Both the position numbers and the translations under genes were made by a program. A stretch of DNA of 24,058 nucleotides from positions 2,885,933-2,909,990 of the forward strand of contig NW_003526941.1 of the NCBI RefSeq assembly GCF_000181795.1, written 5' to 3'. Numbering within the stretch: the first letter of the stretch is position 1; each line of letters starts with the position of its first letter. Below the pieces are notes generated by a model, which searched no databases, had not been told where the DNA came from, and was given only the letters and a program-made list of their open reading frames with translations. The stretch is from Trichinella spiralis. Taxonomy: Eukaryota. This document shows positions 1-14,990 of the stretch, in pieces.

Positions 1-571
1 CGCAACCGCATCACGTGAAACCGAGAAAAATTGTTCGACAAGACGATGAATTTCAGGTATATATCTAACGGGCCGACTGTTCATTTCTGTCTGTTGATTT
101 ATTTATTTGACAATAAACGTCAAGTCATTTGTTTGTTTGTTTGTTTGTTTTCATGTGTAAGCTTTCAGATGCCAAAGATTCGGAAGAACGTGGCCGAAAA
201 TTCACCATATTTGCCTCCTCCGCCACCGCCGCTTCCAGTGTTGCAGAACGCTTGCACTGATCTCTCGCTGTACGAACCAGTGAAAGAGATGAAACTCTAC
301 CCACCGGCGTAAGCAATGCTTTACAGTTGAAAAATACTAGCTTGTTATTAATTAATTCGTTTCGCTGATCCTGGTGTTCAGTTTTCCAGGTGTCGGATCT
401 TTGAATTTGTCCACCTCATCAGTGTCGTACGTGACTCCTTATGGAACGTTGCGTAAGACAAGCAATCACGGTGACGAAACATCTTTGGTTTTTGAAAATC
501 ACAGCTTTGCACCCACACTCAGAGACGGTACAACTCGAAGTACAAGCTTCAGACTCGCTCGACGTCCATAA
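1..571 (+). CDS. 3' end (last three exons) of an unidentified protein gene with a proline-rich C-terminal region; 5' part lies outside the window
   Basis: Exons <1-56, 169-308 and 382-571 join in frame across GT-AG introns (57-168 gtatat..tttcag, phase 0; 309-381 gtaagc..gttcag, phase 2). Product: ...QPHHVKPRKIVRQDDEFQ|MPKIRKNVAENSPYLPPPPPPLPVLQNAC...LYPPA|FPGVGSLNL...YGTLRK...VFENHSF...RLARRP*, stop TAA 569-571. Exons are GC-richer than the T-rich introns. No family recognised. Confidence 0.7.
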
Positions 572-984
572 TAAGATGCAAATTTAAAATTACTTTTTGA
601 TATATGTATTTATACGTTTTTCTAAATTATGGCCTTTATTTTATTGAATTTCGGTGCTTTTCATATTGTTGAAAACGATCTAGTCGAAAAGGCGGTTTCT
701 TATATGATGAAATCTCTTTTATTTCCTTTCTCTTTCTCTAATTCGATTTTTACAATATATATGCTTTGAAAATTCGATATTGATAGTTTAATTTGTTTTT
801 AGTTGTAGAAAATAGTGAAAATTTTATTATTACCACTATTATTATTGCATCCGTTTTACTGGATGTGCAAAAAAATTTTTTAAGTAAACATAGCTTTTTT
901 GATCAGAAACATGTTTTCAGTGTGTTTGTCGACAGTTTAATTTGCCCACAGTATTTTGGCCTGTTTTTGCTGTGCATTCTTCAA

Positions 985-996
985 TTTTCATTTTAG
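985..996 (+). promoter_or_regulatory. Splice acceptor 16 nt upstream of the p38 ATG; candidate SL trans-splice site
   Basis: Pyrimidine tract ending ttttcattttAG at 996; ATG at 1013. Trans-splicing versus a cis-spliced 5' UTR exon cannot be distinguished from the sequence. Confidence 0.45.
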
Positions 997-1012
997 CGAC
1001 CAAAACAAAGCA

Positions 1013-3087
<2,075 letters not shown>

Positions 3088-3286
3088 AAACCAAGCCAGC
3101 GCGGCAGCAAGTGTAAAAGGTGGAAGATGGGAAGGAAAATAATTTTTATTTTTTTATTTTTGCTTTACTGTTATTCGTATTTTTAATTTGGTTTCAATTT
3201 TCACACTTCAATCATGGTAAAATACTGTTTTTTTTTGAAAAAATTTAACCTCTTTGACAGTTGATTTGTTTCACTTTATACTGCCT

Positions 3287-3288
<2 letters not shown>

Positions 3289-3324
<36 letters not shown>
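3289..3324. repeat. (AT)18 microsatellite in the presumed p38 3' UTR
   Basis: Uninterrupted AT dinucleotide run. Confidence 0.95.
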
Positions 3325-3328
<4 letters not shown>

Positions 3329-3443
3329 TTATTTATTATTAATTATTAGATATTTGTCTAATTTTTTTGTCTTGAATCCCACATGGTGGAAGTCATTTTT
3401 ACGGGACTTGAACAAATCTTTTACTTTTGTGGCAAGAATGTAA

Positions 3444-3449
3444 AATAAA
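3444..3449 (+). terminator. Candidate polyadenylation signal AATAAA for p38
   Basis: AATAAA ~360 nt after the stop codon, followed by T-rich sequence. Confidence 0.45.
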
Positions 3450-6400
3450 ATTTCTTACTGTAATATTTTACGTATTTCAGGTGTTATATAATTTGGTTTA
3501 ATTTAAAATTTTATTATTATTATTGTTGTTGTTCTTATTACAAAGATTTTGTCTAAATTCAGTTGAATATTATTTTTTCACCTTATTCTAGTAAGAGAAC
3601 AGTTGTTATTTATATTTCTACCGTACATTTTTTAGTGATTTTTTTGTTTTCTAATTTTTAGCATTAAATGATGAAAAATATATGTATAAACTGTTGTAAT
3701 TGGACAAAATTACGTTCAACTGAATACAGAATGAAAATAAAAGTGTTGCTTGTACAAGTAAATTTGTCTTATGTAAGCTTGAGCTTCTGTTCACCAAGTC
3801 GATTTGACGGTCATTGATCAACAGCTTATGCTTTTTCGGTGTTGCTGTTTCGGTTGTTACCTTTTGTTTTGTTTTTCTTCTTATTTTATGTTCATCTGAA
3901 AATGTTTGATTGGAATTTTTCAGCTGAGAATTCAACATGGCATATAATTCCATTTGATTGCCTGAGTGCAGCAGTTCAGTGAACCATGAATTTGCAATCT
4001 TCCACCACACCAACCTTTGTAAAAGGTAACTAAAATTCTATTTTTTTTGTTTTGCGCGTATTCATTTACTATTTTGCATTTTACTTATCAATCGGGCTAA
4101 TAACGAACGACCCTTTTTCAAGCAATTATTCTTGACATTATGTATGTATACTGTTTGTAGAGTGTAATTTTCAAATTGGCAAATTTGATCCAATTGGTTA
4201 ATTATTCATGCACAGTCATTTATTTATTTATTCCATCTACTTTGTTATTGATGACATTTTGTGCATTTTCATTGTTAGCATTGTTATCGTTGTTGTTACT
4301 GTTATTGTTGTCAGGTGGTATATTGATTAGAAGCACTCCGCATTGGACAATAGTATACAATTGTATTATTGTAAAGGAAAATATTGTTTTAATCAATTAT
4401 TTATTTCTTTATTTATTGTCTTTGCTGTTCTTCTGTTCATCACCATTCACAGTATGCGTTGGTTAAAAATTCAGTAGTCCATTTGTCAGACGTTTTATAA
4501 CAGCAGGCTTGTCTTGTCTACTGTGAAAGTGTCATTGCATAATAATGGCAGATGATAAATTGCTTTTCACATTTAATAACTGGATTAGGAAAATCTGGCG
4601 AATTCATTTTTCTGTTCAATTTCAAGTAGAAATTCTAATCCATCAGTTTTTAATATAGCAATTAAATGAGTTTGGAAAAGAAATTAATTGAAAATATTGA
4701 AAAAATTTTTGTTCAACTTCTCATTAACTACTGTTAAAAGTGCCGTCATGCGCGTCTGTCATTCAAATACCCTGTATCAACCAGTGGTAATAAGGTTTTC
4801 TTAATTTTTCTATGCATATCTTGTGTTTGTTGGAATGAAGTTGGATTGAGATGAAGTTGATTGAAATCAAAGAGTTATTAGCAACAGTTACAGCAATTAT
4901 CAGGCTTGTTTCTGTACAAGGGCAAAAGTGATATGAAATAATACAAGGCGACAATTCTCTTTGGGATAGAAAAATTGATTTCAAAACTGACATGCTGTTC
5001 AATGACGGTTGTGAACCTGCCGTGAAATCGACCAGCAGCGTTGACAAGCCATCGTGCATCCTCCCGCCATGTCCCTAAACAGGCTTGACTAGCGTGGCGT
5101 CCTTGGTCCAAGTTTAAGCTCTCTGCCCTCGGTCTCGTCAATCTTTCGTGATGACAGACTCTGGTTCGCCTGTCAGGCAAGTGTCAGCGGACATCAAAAT
5201 TTTTTGAAATACCATCCTGTGAATGAACGACTTTGAAATATTATATCTCGTAATTTTGTACGCATACATACATATCTATATATGCATAATGTATACATTG
5301 CTTTTTTCTTTCTTCTCCCATTGTTGCTTTTCGGTGTTTTTATATTTGTTGATGCAACTTTCAAATGATTTTTATGTTCAAATTGCTTTTCATCTTTCTT
5401 CAATACTATTATTGCAATCTTCTGGCTATAATTATCCCATTGAGAAGTGAATTTTATTCGATTTAGGAAGTTGCCTATAATTGATCGTGGTAATTCTCTA
5501 TTAATAGCCTACTTTATTAAACTTTTTATTCTCATCGTAAGAATGATCGTTTTGTGGGCTATTTTTACTCTTCTCATAGCTTTATTGTTCAGCTCATTAT
5601 ATCACAGCTCTGCGAGTGTATTTAGTTGATCAGCTTTCTTTTTGCTTAACCAACACGAGAAATTACGTCGAATTTTGCATCTCGTGAAATCGATAACTGC
5701 ACTTCTTTCGACTTTTCTCACAAATTGTAATTATATATGCTGCATATATGTGTTTGTATTTGGGTATGTATGCAGTATGTTGTAAATGTTCGAGGGGTAA
5801 ATTCAGTTTAATGAATTTATTAATATCTTCATTTGAATTAGAAAAAAATATATATGTATGTATGAAATTTGTGATTTGTTAAAATGACCAGTGTCAATGA
5901 AACGTCATTATTTTTATCATATTTTCTAGTTATGTTTGACTGGCTTGCTGGAAACTTCGCTAGTTCATGAAAAAGGGATGCATTCAATTGTTTCGAAATG
6001 ATAAATGTCCATTTTATCATTGAATTTTCAACTTTATCCCTTCTTCTAATTGATGATAGGCAAATTGCAATTTCTTGATTTTAGCACGCTTTCAGTGTTC
6101 AGGAAGAATTTTTGCTGTAGTTCTGTTCAAAATGACATTGAAAATTGTATGATAATCAGCAGTTGTGATTTGTTCGATTGGTTGAGGTTGATGTTGAGGT
6201 TGATTAGCATCAAGCTGATCATGTTGACTGATTTATTTATTCCATCAATTTTTTATTTGAAAATTTATTAATCAATTAATTATGTCCAGTGTAAAATTTG
6301 CATTCGCACTTAACAGTTGACTCGAGCAACGGTGGCTTTATTCCTTTCTTAATCAGCAATCAACCCGATGCTAATCATCAGTTAATTTAAATTGACTTTT

Positions 6401-9400
6401 TAAAATACAGATTTCATTCAACTGTTATACTTTATGATTTTGTTTTTTTTTTCATTTTTGTTTTGCCTCTTGTAAAAGAATATCAAGTTCGGATGATGTG
6501 GATTTTGTTAGCTGTACAAATCAGGTTAATTTTATGCCTTCGTGTTAGCGAGGTCGACAGTGCTAACTAAATTAATTGACTGAGCACCTGATGCTCGGGC
6601 AGAAGATTTCTTTTCCAATCGAACCACTCGCTCATCCACTGACTGACAGACACGGCCAGCTTTGTACATCAACAGATAACACTGTGCTTTCCTTTTTCGT
6701 TATAAGTTTAAAAATTATAAGCCATTACGTTTTTACAAGTATGAATAATAGACATTGTTGTTATTGTTGCTGCTACTGCTTGCTGTTGTGGTTGTATATG
6801 TTCTGTCGTTTAGTTTTGGCGGTTGGCTTTTAGAGCTGCTTTAACTTTTGATCTGGCCTTATTTGGTAAGCTAATTTTGCATTTGCATGGCCACTGCAGT
6901 GACGTTTTGCAATTTAATTCCCTCCCAATAATTATCATTATAAGCAGACTCCTCTTTGACCTCAAGCAACGTTTGAGCGATTTCAGTTCAAGATCAGCTA
7001 GTGTCCACAACATCCGGGCCTACACTGCGCGTTGCCAATCAACAAGTGCGCCGTTTAATTTGAGGCGTGCCACAGTGCAGTTTGCGTGCATATTGTCCAT
7101 CTTCTCGGTAGATTGGATCGAATTTTCTTCATCAACCTGACATTGCTATTTCTGATCTTATTTTGACCAACTTTGCCATACCACTGGCTAAATAACAACG
7201 CTAATTGCTCTTTGATCAGTGAACTTGAAAGCAACGACTGAAAGCTTGCTTTTGAAATTGAATTTAACATTATCCAAGAAGATGCCAATTCTCATTTTAA
7301 CATATGGAAACATTATTTGATAGATTCATTGCTGATTCTTATTATTTATCCATTGCGTTGCATTTGTATTTGTAAACAAAATTTTATTGTCATACTTTTT
7401 TGCAATTCCTACGCTAGTGCATCACATCACTGGATAAATAAGAATATATGTGGCAAGCACAATGTTCAAAATAGCTTTCAATTCATTCAAGTGTCCTCTT
7501 TTCTCTCTTAAATTGTTACAGAGTGGGCTTTTTTTTCGCATGATCAATATTTCAAATTTTATCAAGTTGTTGTTTTTCTATAAGTTGAAAGAATTTTTAT
7601 TCTTGAAAGAAAAAAATCGTTTTCAATTTGGTATTCTGACATATGAATTCGGCGAATGTATCATCGAGATGCGAATTTTTCATTCATTCTGTTATCATTT
7701 ATCAGTGGGTATATTATTCAGAACAAGGAGATTTGATATTAATTATTTTGTCAATTCATAGCAATCGGTGAATCAGCAAAATAAATGCATACAAACCAGA
7801 ACAGAGAAATCAAAAATTGAATATGCTTATGCAACGTTGCCCATGTGCTTGGATGGATGGAGTTGTCCAATGTGCTCGCTGCATTGTTGTGTTTGATTGA
7901 TGTTAATGATTTAAAATCTAAAAGTGCACCGATTTCGCTTTCAGTTGATGAGTTGAAAGTAAATTCATTTAAACGAAACTCACGTTAGCTAAATTTGAAA
8001 TTTTGTGCGATTTCACTGTACTTTGTTTTCAATGATGAGTAAGTAATTGACAGTCAAGTTTTACAGTTTCTTGGTTTTACAAGCGGGCAAAATCACCTGC
8101 AGTTTATTTCGTCCGAGTATTCTAAAAATCAAGTCAACCTGAAAAACAGTGTCTTCTTCTCTGTTTTAATTGTTGCAACAAATTCTACAGGCTGGGAGCA
8201 CAGAGTTGGTCAGATTGACGTGAAATTGTTGCAATTTATTTATGACTAGCAGCTTTTTCTCATCCTGCTAGTCTTGTCATCACAGTACTACAATACATTT
8301 GATTGTACGTTGTATTCAATCACAACTGTATATACTGTGGTGTAATGTGACAATGAGCAGTTATGTGCTGTTGATAAAGTTAATTCTCATGGTTTGCTGC
8401 TATAATTTATGCCTCCAAGCGGAGCCAAGAGAGATGATATCTTCTTTTTCACTTCACTTTGTGGTTGTTGACAACTAGCCGTTTCAGCAGTGTATAATGC
8501 TTGTTCACTTACTTACACTATTCATAATGTAGAAGGAGAAAGGGGTAAAAAGAAATAATTTTTTTTGAATCAGCAGCAACAGAGGTCGTCGGTGTTGTAG
8601 TTGGTGGACGGATGCTCAGCTGGCGGTGAACACCACCAGCAGCTGGTTGAGCTGCTTCTTCTTCGTTCATCCAGGTGATCAAGGAAGATAAATGGTCGGC
8701 TGCTGACGTGGCGGCTGTCGGTTTTCCGCCACTGCAAGCCAGTATGAATTGTGCCCGAGTGCAACAACGACTGAATGCACGCACGCACACGCATACGTCG
8801 TCGTATGATAATATATATTCTATAGTGCTTGCTTGGCGAATCTGAATGTGGATATTTGAATGATGGCGATGATGAACGGCTTTCTTTTTCCATTTTTCCA
8901 AATTTGGTCGTGTGGCGCAAAAATCAGGCCTCCTTCTTCTTGAACGATCCTTTCTTTTTGTACATCATGCCGGCGAAGACGCACATACATGGACAATCTG
9001 GAACGGCACTATCATCTGGGCCATTTGGTTGTAAAATGCCGTATGTTCCGGTCTGAAGACCCGAAGGCCACCAATTAGCCGCCGTGCTTTGCAAGAACTG
9101 TTGGCTGCTTGATGGCATTCTTCGCATTGCGTTGAGTCATTCAGTCGGTTCCAGCTTGCGTTTAACTGCTTAGGCGCAGCCCGATCAAAACGGCGCCTTT
9201 AACCAATCGCCGCCGGATTGACCAGAAGGGGCGACCACGGGGCGAACATATATCTATATATATTAGCCATTGTCAGAGTTTTATGCGCTCGTCTGCGTAG
9301 GCCAACGACCTTCACTCCTGTAACGTAGAGGAGCTGAATTCACCATTTTACAATCGTCATCGTTCCTGGCGTTGTAGGTTTGGTTTGTGAAACTTCTTAT

Positions 9401-10489
9401 TCTTTCTTTTTACTTTTGATTATAATAATGGGTTAGTCAGTTTTGTAAAGATGTTGTTCATATTTTTTTTACTTTTGTGAGCGTTTTAAATTAGCCGAAA
9501 ATGAATCTTAATCGTTTAAGTATTTATTTCAGGACGAACTGTTGTTTCTTTAAATACTATATAGTACAAGTGAAAATGAGCGCTACTACTTTACTAAATA
9601 AGCTGTAAAATAATGGGAAATTTTTTATTTTCTTTTAAGATTTTTACTTTGTTTGCAACTTTTGTAATATTTTAAACTCACACAGCAATGTCAGCGCTTT
9701 TTTTTTGCTTTTCAACTCTAAGCAAAAACACCCACATGCACAGTGTTGCGATCACTGAGATTGCAATCACATACAGTTGCTGCTCATACAGCTCAAGCTT
9801 TTATCTTTGTTTTTATTTTAATATGTTTTTTCAAAATATTTTGCTTTTTTTAAAATACAAATACTCTATTGTCAACAGTAGAGCTTATCGTATCAGTGAG
9901 TCAGTGTTTTGACATTTTGAGCATTCATTTCACTTATACATGCATATATATAGCAGCATACTTTTTCAAGCTGTTGCACGATATTCGAAAAGAAATTTGT
10001 TTTTTTTTCTTCAGCATACATATTTTCTGTATTTATTTGATCTGATTGGTGTGTAGGGTTTTTTCTATTCTGTTGACATTTTGATTGATTTCAAAGCATA
10101 CGAGTGTTGTTATTGTTATTTACGCTGTATGCGAACATTTATCTATTTTTTCATTTTGGCCAAGCTTCAGTTCAGTTTAGTTCAGCAGCCTTGTACTCGT
10201 ATTACAAAGCCAAAGTTGGGTATAAATTTTATTTTTTACGCGAAATGTACAAAAATAATCTGTGCTATGATACAAAAATTCATGTTCCATCGTGGTGAAA
10301 AATTGATGGATGGTTGTTTGCTTTTTTTTCTATTTTGATTTCAATGCTGTGTTGCTTGTTTGTTGCTGAAAGCATTTTGTTGAAGTCGAATTTGTGTTGA
10401 TTTGATTGAAATTTGTAGCGAACAATTTAAAATCAACTACTCACCGACCGTATCAAGGTGGAATTTCAATGTTGAGTAATTTGAGAAAA

Positions 10490-10496
10490 TGTGTGT

Positions 10497-10545
<49 letters not shown>

Positions 10546-10587
10546 GGCTTGTCGTGCTATAGTAACAGTAGTAGTAGTAGTAGTAGT
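10490..10587. repeat. Compound microsatellite: (TG)~26 with one interruption, then (AGT)7
   Basis: TG run 10490-10541; AGT run 10567-10587. Confidence 0.95.
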
Positions 10588-12923
10588 ATAGTATGTATCC
10601 GGTTTGGCAGATTTGTTGCTGTGTGTGCGTTGGGTTGTTTCAAATTGCGCTTGATAGAGCTTCTTCATATGTTTCAACGTTCTGCGCTTTTGTCGGAAAA
10701 GGTTTTTACTTCGGCTCAAGTCGGCCATAGGAGAGCTGTTTTAATTTTCGCTGTTTACCATGTGCAAAATTGAAAATGCCAATAATTTTATTTCTCTGCT
10801 GGAGCCGTTTACGTTTCCTGTCAGTCGCGTGCCAGATCTCTTTCGTTGCTTCAGATGATTAAATGCGCAGTGTCGATCGGTCTGTTTCTTTTCTGCTTTG
10901 CCTTCCATTTATTCATTCATTCCCCACCTCTCTTTCTATTTTCTGACGCGTCCGTTGCGTACTGGCTAGGTTGGCTAATTTCGAGCTTACGGCGGCCAGG
11001 CTTTTCATCTTTTCAGCACAAGCACAGTGTTGTGGTTTTTCGATTGTTGGGAAAAGTTTGCCTCGGCCTTGGAAACGTATCTTGTTCGGTGGGGTGCTCA
11101 AAACCATGCACGCTAAGCTGAACGGGAGTGTCGTCTGGCCTGGACTGGCCTTTGCTTGTTCAAATCCAGAGTGAGACGGAGAGACAAGGAGCCGTTTGTG
11201 TTAGTGCAGCCAGCCAGTGCTTGTGCAAATGCGACACAGCACACAAGCACGTGTGGAACCGATACCGGCACCGTAGTGTTGTTAGGCCGACCTTGCGACC
11301 CACCCACCCTCCCTCAGCTTGTTGATCTGTAAATTTTTTTCTTCTATTTGTACTAATCTTCAAGTTTTTCAGTACAAGCAGCTTGCAACGTGAAGTAAGC
11401 TGGCGAACGTGGTGAAGCACGCTGGTCGGTCGGTCGGTAGGCTGATCCGATTATTGTTCAGCGTTATCTGTTTGTTCAGCTTGATTGTTCATCATGCTTT
11501 TTTGGCTACTTCGCCTCGGCTATTTTCGCCTTTTCCACGCTGCTTGCTTGTCCAAGTCAACAGTGCCTTGGCGCCACGCTGAAACATTTTCACCACTCCA
11601 CGGCCGGTTGTACTCTTGTTGAAGTAATAAATAGTAATAGTAATGATAATCTGTGTGTGTGTGTGAAACAAAAATGGAGAGAAACTGCATCATCTGAGCG
11701 TGATTGATTTCCCGTCTGCTATTCAGCTTATCTATCTGTTTCTTTTTGTCATCAGTAGTATTAGTATTAGTAGTAGTAGTGTTTTTTTCTTTTGTTTCAT
11801 TTTGTTTTTCTCCTTTTTATTCCTTTGTTCAATATCCAGCTGAGCTACGGTGACTTGTACTGTGTTGTTCCATGAGGAAAAGTGGAAAAAGGCCGAATTA
11901 TAATTGATCGTCGAAGCGTGCCGATTGCGACTGGTGCTAGCTTCGGGTGGTCGGCACGGTTGACCGGTGTCCAAGCTGACTGAATTCGACATGCAGGCGA
12001 GTTGGAAGAATCACAGCGGGTGTGGACGGAGTTGGCTTTGTTTGTGGAATTGTGAAGAAATGAGCTAGCTGTCTGGTCGTCGTTGTTGTTGTGCTCGTTG
12101 ACGAGATCGCCTCCGGCTTTCGAGATAACAGCCGGACACCAGATTGTGCCCCGGGGTCGATCGGTCAGCCACTGCTGTAGTAGCCAGTTAATGGAGTAGT
12201 TAGTAGCAGCTTGTTTGTTACTTTGCTTTGCTGCTCGCTTGCGGCCAAAGGTCAGGCGAAGAAAGCTTCGGCTTCAACTGGACCAGTTGATATCTCAACC
12301 AGCCGTTTGAGAAGGTCACTGAACCGATGTATCTATCTGTACTATTTTACAGAGGTAGATGGACGCGGTGGGGAGGGGACGACTGATCGACTTTTGCACA
12401 GTTCGTCAAATTCCAAATTTCACTTTACGAAATAGGCTATTATTATTATTATCATCATCGTTATTTACGCACAAATGATATATCACTGATAAAAAGCTTT
12501 TATTCAAGATAAAGAAAGAGTTATCTTGAACTTCCTCCTACTGTTATTATTCTAACAATGTTTTGTAAAAACAGACTTAAAAGTTAATTTTTTCAATGCT
12601 AATCTTTTTATATCGGTTATTGTTTTATTATTCTTTTTTTATATTATGAATCCTGCTTGAATTTTCCATCCTGTCACCGACTGACTGGACGAAACGCTTG
12701 ACAGAATTTTCGTTTTGCATTTAAGCATTAAAATCTCAGCAGCTTACTTCACTTTGTCAAAATCGTTCGGTTGGTTATCTGTGCTTGTTGGTTTGCTGTG
12801 CTTTGCAAATTTTTATGAAGCGGTTTATTCTGCATTTTCATGTATCAGAATTTTATATTTCACCATCATCGTCTTTTATTTTCGTACTCGATTCAGGGAT
12901 TGCCATTAATTGGATGCAGTTTG

Positions 12924-12947
12924 CTTCTTCTTCTTCTTCTTCTTCTT
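12924..12947. repeat. (CTT)8 microsatellite
   Basis: Read directly from the sequence. Confidence 0.9.
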
Positions 12948-14172
12948 TCTTCTAGCTTTTTCTGAACATTAAAAAGAAAGTTGCAAAAATGAATGAAGAT
13001 TGCTCGTCTGCAAAGAAAGATTTGGAATGCTGAACGCTTTGCTTTGTCATTTAGCAGTAAACTTCTTCAAATTGACGGGACGATGACGTTACAATTAGCG
13101 CATCGAGAAAAACAGTTTAGCCATTGGATTTGATTTTTCTGGGATGACGATGAAAAATGATTTCAACAAGCATTTTGAATGACAGTTTCGAATTTTAATT
13201 GCGTTGCGTCCGCTGTGGCGGCAGGTGATTTTCATTTCAAAAAGTATGATTTATTTTTTAGCGGCTGTTGTTCAATTTATTGTCAACAATTATATTTTAT
13301 TTCGTGCAGTTGAATTTTCGATTTTATTTACTGCTAACGCATTTGAGGTTTTTTTTACAATTTCAATGAACCAATGCGAAAGAGTTCATTTACACTTTAG
13401 AATACGTTGATGAGTACGTATTATTAGTATTATATTTCACTTTACAATTTGAATAACCAACCAACCCAGTTATAAGCCTATTACGAAACGTTTTAGTAAA
13501 TAATGCATTTCCTGTATGATAAGATATCTTTTAGTCAGGTCATCGCGGATGATTGCTGTATGATTGCTTTACGTACGCTTATCTGTTGGCAAATGCTTTG
13601 ATTCGAGCGATTAGCTAAGCGTCAGCGATGATTTTGTTCAAGCTTGACCTCGTTTGTTCTTTTACTGCTCCACTCTGCTCTGCTGTTTTCCGGCTTTTAT
13701 CCATTCAGGTTGCATTATTTTTTTTATAATTTTATAAACGAACGAATAGCATAACCACATTTACTGCCAGTTTTGTTTCGCTAGTATTTTGTTTCTTCAG
13801 CTCAGGCAATTAATTTTCTTGCTCTCTTTTGTTGTTGTGTGGTGGCTTACGCATGTCGGAGAGCATATTTCAATTTCTCGTTATCTACTCGTTTGTAACG
13901 ATTAAAATCTGTTGTGTAGTCGGGTTAGATTAGAATTTAGAATATCACGCGCACTGCTTGATGTATATATATATATATAATGCATATGTAGAGAGAGGTT
14001 GAAAAATGACAGACGTTTTCCATAGACAGGGTTGAACCATCATTTTTGCTTTATTGACGTCGTTGCCTAACAGTAAAGGCTGCTTTTGTGCTTTGGCTGT
14101 CGCAAACGATCAGACGACTGAATGCGATGGCCATATTTCATTGCTGCTTCAGTGGACGTTCGAACACTGATA

Positions 14173-14193
14173 TAATAATAATAATAATAATAA
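14173..14193. repeat. (TAA)7 microsatellite
   Basis: Read directly from the sequence. Confidence 0.9.
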
Positions 14194-14858
14194 TAGCTTG
14201 AACACAAGAAGCAAGAAGACTGTTTAGTATTGATTTTTCTCGACGGTTGTTGGTGGGTGTCGGCTTTGTTTCGTTTGTGAAAATGGCCGGCTCGTTTTTC
14301 TTTCGGTGGAAAATAAATGGCAGGAAAAGGCATCGCAACCAACTCAGCTTAGCCGAAATGTCCAACGTCGACAAATGGTCGGTTCAGGTTGAGAGGCCAT
14401 TGCAGTTGTCAGTTTCTGATGGATTGGTCAAAAAGCGTGCTCGGCTTCTGGCGTTGTGGTTTTGCTTTGTGACCCCCGTTCGCTGCTCTGCACGTTTTTT
14501 CTCTCTGCCAAACTTCTGCTACCGCCATCACCACAGTCAGCACCAGGCCATACTAAGTCGAGCAACTTCTGTTTTGATTTTGAAATTGTATTGCTTTTTT
14601 TAATTAAATTACACGCATTGGAAAAGAAAGAAAAGCTTATAATAATGAATAAGTGAGTGAGTAATGGAAAGCGTATTTTAAAGAAGAAAATATACAGTTT
14701 ATTAACACGTAGTCTGGTAGTTCAATGAAAATGGCCTTTTTGTTCAGGTTGGCATCTGGAGACCGTCAACTGTTCGTCCATAAATATTTATTTATGCTCA
14801 TAAAAGTCGATGCATGTCTGAACATGAAATTACGTTTTCTATATATATTTGTATGTAT

Positions 14859-14990
14859 GTATTCATAACACAGTGTAGAAAATGATCCATCTCTTCAACT
14901 AGACAACCGATGGCCATCAGATAGTGATAACACTGGCCACAAGGCGAACGGAAAAGTGCAACCAGTGATGACAGAAGCGTCGTAAACACA
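14859..14990 (+). repeat. Left arm of a 132-bp inverted repeat (partner 16101-16232)
   Basis: Manual ungapped alignment to the reverse complement of 16101-16232: 120/132 identical. Confidence 0.95.

Noticed and set aside
5001..5027. SECIS-like ATGA...AA...TGA
   Set aside because: The helix above the putative core is only ~5 bp (11-12 needed), and there is no upstream selenoprotein-type in-frame TGA.
8210..8231. ACGTGAAATTGTTG resembling an LSU rRNA segment as a C/D snoRNA guide target
   Set aside because: It resembles the fungal-type rather than animal-type LSU sequence as I recall it, and pairing would not extend to the D box as the D+5 rule needs.
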